Shown: one piece after another, positions 7,595 through 16,863 of the stretch | How positions within the stretch are numbered: the stretch's first letter is position 1 | Layout of the letters: every line of letters starts with the position of its first letter | Source: Deltaproteobacteria bacterium | Lineage (GTDB): Bacteria > Desulfobacterota > GWC2-55-46 | Assembly (NCBI GenBank): GCA_016219015.1 | Contig: JACRCL010000027.1 | Coordinates: 721-64,720, forward strand | Reading direction: 5' to 3' | DNA length: 64,000 nucleotides | Made by a program: the position numbers and the translations under genes | Notes under the pieces: model-generated | Told to the model about the DNA's origin: nothing | What the model saw: the letters and a program-made list of their open reading frames with translations, nothing else | Database searches by the model: none

Positions 7595-8200
7595 ATGCCG
7601 TACAAAAAGGCAAAGTCAGGCATGAAAGGAATGACGGTAATATATTCCGGGGACAGCAACGTCGTTGTAAAGAAAAATGGAACACTTGCCTGGAGGAACA
7701 ACAATCCAGGTAATATCATTTTCAGCCCTTTCGCAAAAAGTCAAGGTGCTATCGGCGAAAATAAAGGTTTCGCGGTTTTCCCGAATACTGAAACAGGAAG
7801 AAATGCACAAACAGCTCTTTTAAAAACTAAAGATTTTCAGGGCAGAACTATCGCTAAAGCGATAGAAAAATATGCACCCCCTGAATCCAACCCAACCGAG
7901 AGCTACATCAAATATGTGACCAAGCAGACCGGCATGTCACGAGACAAGAAACTCAGCGATATGACCCCGCAGGATTTTGATAATTTTTCCAAAGCAATAA
8001 GACGCTATGAGCTTTTAACCCCTGGAACAGAAGTAACGCTTCCCCACCCTGACAAGATAAAATATCTCCTGCACTCGCCAAGAGGTTCTTCTCAGGAATC
8101 ATCCTCTGACAGGTCGCTCAAGAGAGTCGGCGATACGGTCTACAGAATCGATAAAGGGAGGATCATCGGTTCATTTACCTGTAACGGAAGGAAAAAATAA
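7595..8200 (+). CDS. hypothetical cytoplasmic protein with WRNNNPGNI motif (201 aa)
   Basis: ATG with an AGGGAGAG SD. No signal peptide or TM segment. Sequence LAWRNNNPGNIIFSPFAKSQGAIGENKGFAVFPNTETGRNAQTALLK. AT-rich like the two preceding genes. Confidence 0.75.
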   Translation: MPYKKAKSGMKGMTVIYSGDSNVVVKKNGTLAWRNNNPGNIIFSPFAKSQGAIGENKGFAVFPNTETGRNAQTALLKTKDFQGRTIAKAIEKYAPPESNPTESYIKYVTKQTGMSRDKKLSDMTPQDFDNFSKAIRRYELLTPGTEVTLPHPDKIKYLLHSPRGSSQESSSDRSLKRVGDTVYRIDKGRIIGSFTCNGRKK

Positions 8201-8230
8201 GTAATGCTGGGGTGGGCTTATCAGGCTGCC

Positions 8231-9892
8231 TTACTCTCCCGCCCTCTTTACCCTGTTCCTCCCCGCCTCCTTGGCCCTGTAGAGCGCCCTGTCAACCGCC
8301 TCTATGAGGCTTACTCCGCTGTCAGCGTCGCCCGGCAGAGTAGCCACCCCGATGCTTACGGTTATGATATTGCCGCCGCCCGGCTCGATCATCTCCTCTT
8401 CGACCTTCGCCCTTATCCTTTCGGCCGTCTTAAACGCGCCCTCGGAAACGGTCTCCGGCAATATGACCACGAACTCCTCGCCGCCGTACCTCGCGGGCAG
8501 GTCGACCTCCCTGACGCACTTCATAAGGACCCCGGCGAGCTTCTTGAGGACCATGTCTCCCTGCGGATGGCCGTATGCGTCGTTGTAAGCCTTGAAATGG
8601 TCCACATCGAGCATGATGAGCGACATGGGGCGGCCGTACCTCAGGGAGTTTCTTACGCCTTTCTCAAGCTCCTCCTTGAAATAGCGGTAATTGTATACCC
8701 CCGTGAGCCCGTCGGTTATCGCGAGCGCCTTTAACGCCTCGTCCCGCCTCTTTACCGCCTCGACCATTACATTGAACGACTCCGAGAGCTGGCCTATCTC
8801 GTCCTCCCTCTTGGTGGTTATCTTCGGCATCTCGCCATTGGCGACCCTGTTGGTCGCCCCCGCGAGTTCCCTTATGGGGCGGGTGATGTAATTGCCTATC
8901 AGGTACGCCAGGGCTATCACGAAGACGAGCGTGGAGGCGAATGCGAGGATATTGTAGCGGAGTATCGCCAGCTCCACGTAGACCCTGTCGCTCGGGATGG
9001 CGTAGGCTATATACCACCTGTTGTCGTTCCGCCCCTTTATGTAGACGCTGCCCATGGGCTGGAAGATGACGTAGTAGTCCTTGACGCCGTCGGTAAACTG
9101 CTCGATGCCGCTTTCGCCTCCAAGCATCCTTTCGTAGACGTGCCTGAGCGTCGGAGGGGTCCCGTCCGTTATCGCCCTGGCGAAGGGCGCGGACTCGTTG
9201 ATATCGGCGAGGGTATTTCCCATGAACTCGCCTTTGTCGTTCAGTATGAAGCCGTAGCCCCTGTCGGGGTTTATCGTCCGTTTAAGGAGGTTCTGGAAGT
9301 GCGACATCGTCACCTCGAAGTGGAGTATGGCGGCCTTCTTCCCGTTTATAATTACGGGCGTGGCGTTCGGGAGGACCCACCTCTTCGTGTCCTCCGAGAT
9401 GGTGGGCTTCCCCTGATATACCTCACCCTCATCCATATCGAAAGCGGATTTGAAGAACGACGACCTCTCCTCGTCGGATGACAGCTCGCCTTCCTGCGCT
9501 ATCTGGTCGAATACTATCCTCGATATCTCCTGCCCGGTGGAATCGATAAAGCAGGCCTCGTCTATTATGTCCGGGTACAAGCCCCTCAGGTGCTTTAACG
9601 TCTTCTGCTGCTCTTTGACCCAATTCGACCTGTTGGCCGGGTCGAGCAGGTACATCCTGAAGGCCGCGTTCTGCGAGGCTACCATCAGGTCTTTGCCCGC
9701 CTCGGAGAAATGATTTTCTATCTGGCCCGATATCTCGCCGATATTCCACTTGAGCTCCTTGAAGACGTTCTTGAAAAGCGCGTCCTTGGCCGTGTAATAG
9801 AAAAATGCGCTCGTTATCATCAATGGGATTATCCCCACGATAAGGAGAACGAGCGTAAACTTCGCCCTCAGGCTCTTCTTGACGGAGAACAT
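8231..9892 (-). CDS. diguanylate cyclase with periplasmic Cache-like sensor, HAMP and GGDEF domains
   Basis: N-terminal TM segment, about 270-aa periplasmic domain, second TM segment, HAMP (RPIRELAGATNRVANGE...), then a GGDEF domain with GGEEF active site and an RxxD I-site (REVD) 5 residues upstream. ATG at 9892 is preferred; the track ORF extends to 10030 through a terminator hairpin. Confidence 0.9.
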   Translation of the reverse strand: MFSVKKSLRAKFTLVLLIVGIIPLMITSAFFYYTAKDALFKNVFKELKWNIGEISGQIENHFSEAGKDLMVASQNAAFRMYLLDPANRSNWVKEQQKTLKHLRGLYPDIIDEACFIDSTGQEISRIVFDQIAQEGELSSDEERSSFFKSAFDMDEGEVYQGKPTISEDTKRWVLPNATPVIINGKKAAILHFEVTMSHFQNLLKRTINPDRGYGFILNDKGEFMGNTLADINESAPFARAITDGTPPTLRHVYERMLGGESGIEQFTDGVKDYYVIFQPMGSVYIKGRNDNRWYIAYAIPSDRVYVELAILRYNILAFASTLVFVIALAYLIGNYITRPIRELAGATNRVANGEMPKITTKREDEIGQLSESFNVMVEAVKRRDEALKALAITDGLTGVYNYRYFKEELEKGVRNSLRYGRPMSLIMLDVDHFKAYNDAYGHPQGDMVLKKLAGVLMKCVREVDLPARYGGEEFVVILPETVSEGAFKTAERIRAKVEEEMIEPGGGNIITVSIGVATLPGDADSGVSLIEAVDRALYRAKEAGRNRVKRAGE

Positions 9893-10003
9893 AGGTTTTT
9901 TCCGGTTTTTACGCGCTTTTTCCTGATGAAAGGGGCTGCCGTCGAAACGCAGCTTCTTAGGAGTGCCGGGGTGGACCTCTGGATGTGCGCTTAAAGACTT
10001 TTT

Positions 10004-10040
10004 AAAAAAAATAGGGGCTCTTTCATACAAGAGCCCCTAT
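10004..10040 (-). terminator. rho-independent terminator downstream of rpoD
   Basis: On the minus strand, ATAGGGGCTC...GAGCCCCTAT hairpin followed by a T-run (A-run 10004-10011 on the plus strand). Confidence 0.7.
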
Positions 10041-10084
10041 TCAAGTTGCCTTATAAATTAACGGGGTGTAAGTTCAAAATCAAA

Positions 10085-10210
10085 GAGGCTGCTGAAAAAG
10101 CTCCAGATGCAAGGCCCCTATTCAATAGGGGAGCTTAGGAATGAGGCGGTACTCTCCATACGCTGTGCGCGGCGAAGATAACGCGGCAGCTGGACTTTTT
10201 AAGCAGCCTC
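10085..10210. repeat. family C element, copy 2
   Basis: GAGGCTGCTGAAAAAGCTCCAGATGCAAGGCCCCTATTCAATAGGGG...TGGACTTTTTAAGCAGCCTC. Abuts the rpoD stop codon. Confidence 0.88.
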
Positions 10211-11737
10211 TTAACCTTCGCTAAAGCCCTTCAGGAGCTTCGCCCTTGTGGGGTGCCTGAGCCTCCTTATGGCCTTGGCCTCTATCTGGCGGACCCTCTC
10301 GCGTGTCACGCCGAGGACCTTGCCGACCTCTTCGAGGGTGTAGTCCTGCTTCTCGCCTATGCCGAACCTCATCCTCAGCACCTTCTCCTCGCGGGGCGTA
10401 AGGCTCTCCAGCACGAGGTTCGTCTGATCCGAGAGGTCCTTTTCAATGGCCGCGTCCGCCGGGGAGGGCGACTTCTCGTCCTCTATGAAGTCCCCGAGCG
10501 AGCTCTCCTCGTCGTCGCCGATAGGCGTCTCCAGGCTCAGGGTCTGCTTCATGAGCCTCAGGATGCGCCTTACCTTCGCGATCGGGATGTCCATCCTCTC
10601 GGCTATCTCTTCGGGGTAGGGCTCCCTGCCGAGCTCCTTCAGGAGCTGGCGCGAGGTCTGCAGCAGCCTGTTTATGGTCTCTATCATGTGGACAGGTATC
10701 CTGATGGTCCTGCCATGGTCGGCGATCGACCTCGTTATAGCCTGCCTTATCCACCATGTCGCGTAAGTGGAGAACTTATATCCCTTCTTGTAGTCGAACT
10801 TATCGACGGCCTTCATGAGGCCGATGTTGCCTTCCTGGATAAGGTCCGAGAACTTGAGCCCGAGGTTCACGTACCTCTTGGCGATGCTTACGACGAGCCT
10901 CAGGTTCGCCTCGATGAGGCGCTGCTTCGCCTCCCACATGTTGAAGTCGTGGACCTTGACTACCCTGGAGAGCTCTTTAAGCTCCGTGCGCTTCATCTCC
11001 AGCCGCTTGAATATCCTCTTTATCCTCAGCTTGGCCCTCTCGGCCTTGCGCGGGCCCTTCTTGCCCTCTTCCCTTTCTATGAAATGCTCAAGCCGCACGA
11101 TCCTCTTTACGATCCTGCGGGCCAGGTTGTTGCTCAGGTTCACGTCCTTCAGGAGCTTATAGGCGCTCTCGGGCTTCCTTCTCCTCAGCCTTTCGAGCTT
11201 CGTGAGCACCTCCTCCGAAAAGGATATCTCTTCGTCCTGAGCGGTCTCCTCGGCCTCCTCGATAAGGTCCCTTAACGAGGACTTACCGGCCTTGACCCGC
11301 TCCACTACCCTCAGCACCTCGCGCACGGCGAAGGGGCTCGAAAGCGTCAGCCTCCGGAGCTCCGCCCTCGACTCCTCTATCCTCCTCGCGTAGACGATCT
11401 CTTCTTCCCTCTTGAGGAGCGGCACGGCGCCCATCTCGCGCATGTATATCCTTACGGGGTCTTCAACGCGCTCCACGTCGACGGTCTCTTCCTTTGCCTC
11501 GACCTCCTGCGGCTCGGCCTTCTCGGCGGTATCAACGACGTCTATGCCGAGGTCCCCGAGGGTCTCAAGGAGGTTGTCCATCTCCTCGACGGAGAAATTA
11601 TCCTGCGGGAAGGCGTCGTTTATCTCGTCGTATGTAAGGAAGCCCTTGTCCTTGCCTATATCGATGAGACTTATAAGGTCGCTCGACGCGCCCGCGGGGG
11701 CTTGATTGTGGTTGCCGGTGCTGTTCTTTTTTGTCAT
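10211..11737 (-). CDS. rpoD: RNA polymerase sigma-70 factor RpoD
   Basis: Regions 1.1 to 4 are recognisable: [94 protein letters not shown]. Confidence 0.97.
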   Translation of the reverse strand: MTKKNSTGNHNQAPAGASSDLISLIDIGKDKGFLTYDEINDAFPQDNFSVEEMDNLLETLGDLGIDVVDTAEKAEPQEVEAKEETVDVERVEDPVRIYMREMGAVPLLKREEEIVYARRIEESRAELRRLTLSSPFAVREVLRVVERVKAGKSSLRDLIEEAEETAQDEEISFSEEVLTKLERLRRRKPESAYKLLKDVNLSNNLARRIVKRIVRLEHFIEREEGKKGPRKAERAKLRIKRIFKRLEMKRTELKELSRVVKVHDFNMWEAKQRLIEANLRLVVSIAKRYVNLGLKFSDLIQEGNIGLMKAVDKFDYKKGYKFSTYATWWIRQAITRSIADHGRTIRIPVHMIETINRLLQTSRQLLKELGREPYPEEIAERMDIPIAKVRRILRLMKQTLSLETPIGDDEESSLGDFIEDEKSPSPADAAIEKDLSDQTNLVLESLTPREEKVLRMRFGIGEKQDYTLEEVGKVLGVTRERVRQIEAKAIRRLRHPTRAKLLKGFSEG

Positions 11738-11926
11738 AAACCCGTCCTTTACTGGGTGTGTAATTCTTTGGATAGAAAAGCATTTTATCCTAACATAACT
11801 CTACATCAATTGTCAAGCCCCGTCAAGTATCTGTTTTTTCAGGGGTTTGTACTTACCTTGCCAAACCCCCGATGTTGTGCTATTTTTTCCAGGTAAACCT
11901 TTTCATTACTATATATTTGTTATATA

Positions 11927-14233
11927 ATGTTTTTTCTGTACTTTATGTCACGTTTTGTATTGCACTTTACGAAAAAAGCGCCCCCTGGCGCGCAGCGAGG
12001 GACGAAAGTAAAAACCGTAATAAAAGCCCGCTTTGCTCTCCTGTGCGTCCTCCTGCTCTGGGCCTTTTCGGGCGGGTGCACGCCCAACAACCCCTACCGC
12101 CCCTCTGAAAGCGGCGCAAATACCTTTTATACGACGTTTGTCGAGACCCCCAAGCACCTCGACCCCGCAAGGTCCTACAGCTCCGACGAGTACGACATAA
12201 TAGCCCAGATCTACGAGCCCCCGTTCCAGTACCACTACCTCATCCGCCCCTATACGCTCGCGCCCCTCACGGCCGAAGGTGTGCCAGGGCCCGTATATCT
12301 CGACAAATCCGGCAGAAAACTCCCGGAAGACGTCATGCCGGAGAAGGTATGGAGGGCCGTCTACGAGATAAAGATAAAAAGTGGCATCAAGTACCAGCTC
12401 CACCCCGCCTTCGCAAAGGGCGCCGGGGGAGGGGCCGCGTATTCCAGCCTTACCGAAGCGGACGTAAAAAATGTAAAGACCCCGGCTGACTTCCCGGTCA
12501 AGGGCACGAGAGAGCTGAAGTCCGACGACTATATCTACGAGATAAAGCGCATGGCCGACCCGCTCGTGGAAAGCCCTATACTGTCGATACTCGAAAAATA
12601 CGTCCTCGGTCTCAAGGAGTACGCCGACGGACTCAGGGCCGACCTTGAAGCCGTAAGGAAAGAGCGGAGGGCCAAGGCCGGGCCCGGGTACAACCAGACA
12701 GTGGACGAGAAGGAAAACCCCATAGCCCTCGACTATGGTAAGCGCGCGCTGCCCGGCGTGGAGAAGGTCGACGGCCATACCTACAGGATAATACTCAAAA
12801 CAAAATACCCTCAGTTCATCTACTGGCTCGCCATGCCCTTCTTCTCCCCGGTGCCAGAGGAGGCCGACGCCTTCTACAAGCAGGGGGCTTTGGCCGACAG
12901 GAACATAACCCTCGACCGGTTCCCCGTGGGCACCGGGCCGTACATGATGGACAGCTTCGACCCCAACATGGAGATAAGCCTTGCTCGGAACAGGGACTTC
13001 CACCACGAGGCGTACCCCATAGCCGGAGAAAAAGGCGACCGTGAGAACGGCCTCCTCGACGACGCGGGGAAAACACTGCCTTTCATCGACAGGATTGTCT
13101 TCAAGCTCGAGAAAGAGGCTATCCCGCGCTGGAACAAGTTCCTCCAGGGGTACTTCGACAACTCCGGCATAACCTCCGACAGCTTCGACCAGGCCGTTGC
13201 CATATCCTCGGCCGGGAAACCCGAGCTGACCGACGCGATGCGTGAAAAGGGCATAAGCCTCATAACCTCCGTACGTCCATCGACCTATTACTCCGGGTTC
13301 AACATGCTCGACGACGCCGTGGGCGGGTACGCGCCGGAGAAGCAGAAATTGAGGCAGGCGATATCCATCGCGCTCGACTACGAGGAGTTCATCGAGATAT
13401 TCAATAATGGCCGGGGCATACCCGCGATGTCAGCGATCCCGCCGGGCATATTCGGCTACATAGAGGGCGGGGAAGGGGTAAACAGGTACGTCTACACATG
13501 GGACGGCCTGAGGAAAAAGCCCGAGCGCCGCGACATAGAGTACGCGAGGAAGCTCATGGCCGAGGCCGGGTACCCCGGCGGGAGGGACAGGGAGGGCCGT
13601 CCGCTCGCCATAACCTTCGACAACCCATGGGTCGGCGCGGACTCGACTCCCATGATCAACTGGTATATAAAGAAGTTCAAGCTCCTCGGCATCCAGTTAG
13701 AGAACAGGACCACGGACTACAACAGGTTCCAGGAGAAGATGCTGAAGGGCAACTTCCAGTTCTTCTCATGGGGCTGGAACGCCGACTACCCGGACCCGGA
13801 GAACTTCTTCTTCCTCCTCACGGGGACGAACAGCAAGGTCAGGTTCCAGGGCGAGAACGTGGCGAACTACTCCAACCCCGAGTTCGACAGGCTCTTTAAG
13901 ATAATGGAGAACATGGAGAACTCTCCGGCGCGCCTTAAGGTGATAAAGGAGATGACGGAGATAGCGCGGAAGGACTCCCCCTGGGTCTGGGGCTACCACC
14001 CCGTGGCGTTCGGCCTCTTCCATAAATGGGTCGGCAACGTGAAATCCAACGCCATGGCTAACAACACGATGAAGTACATAAAGCTCGACGCTAAAAAGCG
14101 CGAAGCCCTGAGGAAAGAGTGGAACAGGCCGGACCTGTGGCCCGTGGCAATCGTATTCGCCATACTTGTCATCGGGTCGCTCCCGGCCATATTCGCCGTA
14201 AGGCGGAAACGCCGTGGGAAAAGAGTGGCGTAG
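11927..14233 (+). CDS. ABC transporter substrate-binding protein, family 5 (YejA/OppA-like), with lipobox and C-terminal TM anchor
   Basis: 768 aa. Lipobox-like LWAFSGGC, family-5 SBP core (FPVGTGPYMMDSFDPN...), and a C-terminal hydrophobic helix plus RRKRRGKR tail. The exact start is uncertain (11927 or 11945). Confidence 0.9.
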   Translation: MFFLYFMSRFVLHFTKKAPPGAQRGTKVKTVIKARFALLCVLLLWAFSGGCTPNNPYRPSESGANTFYTTFVETPKHLDPARSYSSDEYDIIAQIYEPPFQYHYLIRPYTLAPLTAEGVPGPVYLDKSGRKLPEDVMPEKVWRAVYEIKIKSGIKYQLHPAFAKGAGGGAAYSSLTEADVKNVKTPADFPVKGTRELKSDDYIYEIKRMADPLVESPILSILEKYVLGLKEYADGLRADLEAVRKERRAKAGPGYNQTVDEKENPIALDYGKRALPGVEKVDGHTYRIILKTKYPQFIYWLAMPFFSPVPEEADAFYKQGALADRNITLDRFPVGTGPYMMDSFDPNMEISLARNRDFHHEAYPIAGEKGDRENGLLDDAGKTLPFIDRIVFKLEKEAIPRWNKFLQGYFDNSGITSDSFDQAVAISSAGKPELTDAMREKGISLITSVRPSTYYSGFNMLDDAVGGYAPEKQKLRQAISIALDYEEFIEIFNNGRGIPAMSAIPPGIFGYIEGGEGVNRYVYTWDGLRKKPERRDIEYARKLMAEAGYPGGRDREGRPLAITFDNPWVGADSTPMINWYIKKFKLLGIQLENRTTDYNRFQEKMLKGNFQFFSWGWNADYPDPENFFFLLTGTNSKVRFQGENVANYSNPEFDRLFKIMENMENSPARLKVIKEMTEIARKDSPWVWGYHPVAFGLFHKWVGNVKSNAMANNTMKYIKLDAKKREALRKEWNRPDLWPVAIVFAILVIGSLPAIFAVRRKRRGKRVA

Positions 14234-14292
14234 CGGACGCGGGGCGCGCGCAAAAAAGGTCTTTTTGTATTCAGGCTGTTTTTCTTAAGCTA

Positions 14293-14426
14293 CCTCTAAA
14301 AATCAGGTATTTTTTCTGAGGTCAAGGAAGGGCGAAAATAAAAAGCGGAGCATATATGTGCTAATATGTGAGCATTTTTATTTTCGCGCCTACGCAGAGA
14401 TCAGGAAAAAGAACAATTTTTAGAGG
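14293..14426 (+). repeat. family A element, copy 2
   Basis: Near-identical to copy 1. Lies between the SBP gene and the first permease gene. Confidence 0.9.
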
Positions 14427-14438
14427 CCCAAACCAATT

Positions 14439-15419
14439 ATGCTCACTTACATAATAAGGCGCATACTCTACGCCGTCCCCATAATACTCGGGGTCAATAT
14501 CCTCACGGCGGTATTGTTCTTCTACGTGAATACCCCGGACGACATGGCTCGCAAGATCCTCGGCGAGAAGAACGTGACGCCGGCGGCCATAGAGAACTGG
14601 AAGAGGGACCACGGGTACAACCTGCCCGCCTTCTTAAACGCCGGGGAGAAGGGCACCGCGAAGTTGACGCAGACCGTATTCTTCCAGAAGTCGGTGCCGC
14701 TGCTGTGGTTCGACTTCGGCCGATCGGACAGGAACAACATCGACATCGGGAACGAAATCAGGCACAGGATGTGGCCGAGCCTCGCCATAAGCGTGCCGAT
14801 GTTCGTCATAGGCGTCGTAATAGACCTGTTCCTGGCGATGATGCTCGCCTACTACAGGGGGACTTACCTCGACCTCTGGGGCCTTTTCCTCGGGGTGGCG
14901 ATGATGTCCGTCTCGACGCTCTTCTACATCATAGGCGGGCAGTACTTCCTCGGGAAGGTGCTGAAGCTATTTCCGGTATCGGGCTACGACACCGGCCTTT
15001 ACTCGGCCAAGTTCATAATACTGCCGGTCGTGATCGGGATAATAAGCACCGTGGGCTCAGGGGTGAGGTTCTACAGGACTGTATTCCTGGAGGAGATAAA
15101 CAAGGACTACATAAGGACCGCGCGCGCGAAAGGGCTGAGCGAAGGGAAGGTCCTTTTCAAGCACGCGCTAAAGAACGCGATGATACCGGTGCTGACGAAC
15201 GTGGTCGTGTCGATACCGTTCCTGTTTTACGGCTCTCTCATAATGGAGACCTTCTTCGCGATACCGGGCCTCGGGAACTTCACCATAGAGGCGATACAGG
15301 CCCAGGACTTCGCCATAGTAAGGTCGATGGTATACCTCGGCTCGATACTCTATATCGTGGGGCTGATACTCACGGACATAAGCTACACGCTCGTGGACCC
15401 GAGGGTAAGGTTCGAATGA
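14439..15419 (+). CDS. ABC transporter permease (YejB/DppB-like)
   Basis: MLTYIIRRILYAVPIILGVN N-terminus and EEINKDYIRTARAKGLSEGKVLFKHALKNA, the EAA loop typical of OppB/DppB. Confidence 0.92.
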   Translation: MLTYIIRRILYAVPIILGVNILTAVLFFYVNTPDDMARKILGEKNVTPAAIENWKRDHGYNLPAFLNAGEKGTAKLTQTVFFQKSVPLLWFDFGRSDRNNIDIGNEIRHRMWPSLAISVPMFVIGVVIDLFLAMMLAYYRGTYLDLWGLFLGVAMMSVSTLFYIIGGQYFLGKVLKLFPVSGYDTGLYSAKFIILPVVIGIISTVGSGVRFYRTVFLEEINKDYIRTARAKGLSEGKVLFKHALKNAMIPVLTNVVVSIPFLFYGSLIMETFFAIPGLGNFTIEAIQAQDFAIVRSMVYLGSILYIVGLILTDISYTLVDPRVRFE

Positions 15420-15471
15420 AAAATAATCCGGTATTTATATTAAGGAACATCTGATTAATCCACAACTGCAT

Positions 15472-15583
15472 GTCATTCTGAGCGTGTGAGCCAAGCCCTG
15501 AGCGAAGCGAAGGGGAAGAATCTCGTAGTATATAAATCAGCAAATTACGAGATTCTTCGGTCGCTCCGCTCCCTCAGAATGAC
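15472..15583. repeat. family B inverted-repeat element (long form), flanked by an outer IR CTGATTAATC/GATTAATCAG
   Basis: GTCATTCTGAGCG...GAAGAATCTCG...CGAGATTCTTCGG...CTCAGAATGAC. Lies between the two permease genes. Confidence 0.85.
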
Positions 15584-15644
15584 AGGAAGACATGATGATT
15601 AATCAGAGCTTCGTTAACCCTAAAAAAATATTTCCATATTTAAT

Positions 15645-16817
15645 ATGCCCGTAATCCTTGCAACAGACCTCATAGTGTATTTCCTCGCAGGCTCGATAGT
15701 CTACTTCGCCATAGCCACGAGGAAAGAAGGGATATTAAGCTCCGCGTGGCGCGAGCTTAAGAGGAACAGGCTCGCCATGGCGAGCCTCGCAATCCTCCTC
15801 GCCTACGCCGGGGTCGCCCTCCTGGACAGCGTCCGCTACCGCGACCCTGTCGTGGAAGACAACGGCCGGGTAGCTCGCGCGGCGGACGGCTCGGTCATAT
15901 ACAGCGCGCAGGCGCTGAGCCTGCTTGACAGGGCCGTGGAAGGGCTCCGCACGAACACTGAGAAGACCTACTCGGCGCCTTTCGCCTCCACCCTCTATTC
16001 AAAGGAGAGCGTCGAGCTTCCGGACGGCACGATCAAAAGGGACTACCCTCCCCTTAAGCACCCGCGCTCGCACTGGCTCGGCACCGACAAGGTCGGCAAC
16101 GACGTCCTCTACACTGCCCTGAAGGGCGTGCGCACGGGCATAGTCATCGGCGCCGGGACGACGATAGTGATAATCCCGTTCGCGATATTCTTCGGCGTCT
16201 TCGCCGGTTACTACGGCGGCTTCATAGACGATATCGTCCAGTACATCTACACGACGCTCGCCTCTATCCCCGGGGTACTCCTGATAGTCGCCTTCATGCT
16301 GCTTTTCGGGTCGAGCGGCTACCAAGGGGGGCTTATCTCGCGTAGCGAGATATACCTCAAGTTCTTTGTCCCAAACGACAGGCTCTTCTGGCTCTGCCTG
16401 ATACTCGGGATAACCTCGTGGACCGACCTCTGCAGGCTCATAAGGGGCGAAACGCTCAAGCTCCGGGAGCTTGAGTACGTGCAGGCCTCGCGCGCCTTCG
16501 GGATATCTAAGCCGGGGATAATCTACCGCCACATAGTGCCCAACGTAATGCACCTTGTGCTTATAACGTTCGTGCTGCAGTTCAGCGGGCTCGTGCTGGC
16601 CGAGGCGATATTGAGCTACATAGGCATAGGCGTCGGCCCGGAGATGGGGAGCTGGGGCAACATGATAAACACGGCGCGGCTCGAACTGAGCCGCGACCCG
16701 GTCGTATGGTGGAACCTCTTCGGGGCGTTCCTGTTCATGCTCGCGCTCGTCCTGCCGGCCAACATATTCGGCGACGCGGTAAGGGACGCGCTTGACCCGA
16801 GGCTGAGGTTCAGGTAG
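15645..16817 (+). CDS. ABC transporter permease (YejE/DppC-like)
   Basis: 390 aa with a large periplasmic loop after TM1, then a BPD_transp_1 core (LRELEYVQASRAFGISKPGIIYRHIVPN). Confidence 0.92.
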   Translation: MPVILATDLIVYFLAGSIVYFAIATRKEGILSSAWRELKRNRLAMASLAILLAYAGVALLDSVRYRDPVVEDNGRVARAADGSVIYSAQALSLLDRAVEGLRTNTEKTYSAPFASTLYSKESVELPDGTIKRDYPPLKHPRSHWLGTDKVGNDVLYTALKGVRTGIVIGAGTTIVIIPFAIFFGVFAGYYGGFIDDIVQYIYTTLASIPGVLLIVAFMLLFGSSGYQGGLISRSEIYLKFFVPNDRLFWLCLILGITSWTDLCRLIRGETLKLRELEYVQASRAFGISKPGIIYRHIVPNVMHLVLITFVLQFSGLVLAEAILSYIGIGVGPEMGSWGNMINTARLELSRDPVVWWNLFGAFLFMLALVLPANIFGDAVRDALDPRLRFR

Positions 16818-16822
16818 AAAAT

Positions 16823-16846
16823 TCAGGCTGCTGAAAAAGCCCAATC
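16823..16846. repeat. family C terminal fragment
   Basis: TCAGGCTGCTGAAAAAGCCCAATC, the reverse complement of the right end of copy 1. Lies 6 nt after the permease stop. Confidence 0.7.
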
Positions 16847-16863
16847 TTTAGAAAAGGACTAAA

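Noticed and set aside
6314-8230. Prophage or integrative-element interpretation of the AT-rich islet.
   Set aside because: I could find no integrase, tRNA attachment site, flanking direct repeats or phage structural genes. Only the compositional shift and three small genes support foreign origin, so I report it as an islet, not a mobile element.
10253-11275. Long antisense or shadow ORFs opposite well-supported genes. Examples: 10253-11275 opposite rpoD, 11948-13006 opposite the SBP, 15999-16844 and 16810-17613, 38184-39083, 41285-42154, 55749-56693, 62035-63420, 3126-3818 and 3857-4597.
   Set aside because: Each lies fully inside a gene with clear family motifs on the other strand. Their translations are low-complexity and rich in Arg, Pro, Gly, Leu and Val, with no recognisable domains. 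This is the expected product of GC-rich codon-biased DNA read in the wrong frame or strand.
14705-15454. Same-strand alternative-frame ORFs inside genes, e.g. 14705-15454 within the permease, 2321-2626, 13498-13899 and 48565-48996.
   Set aside because: They are Arg/Gly/Pro-rich frame-shadow translations that overlap genes with strong motif support. They have no SD and no domain.
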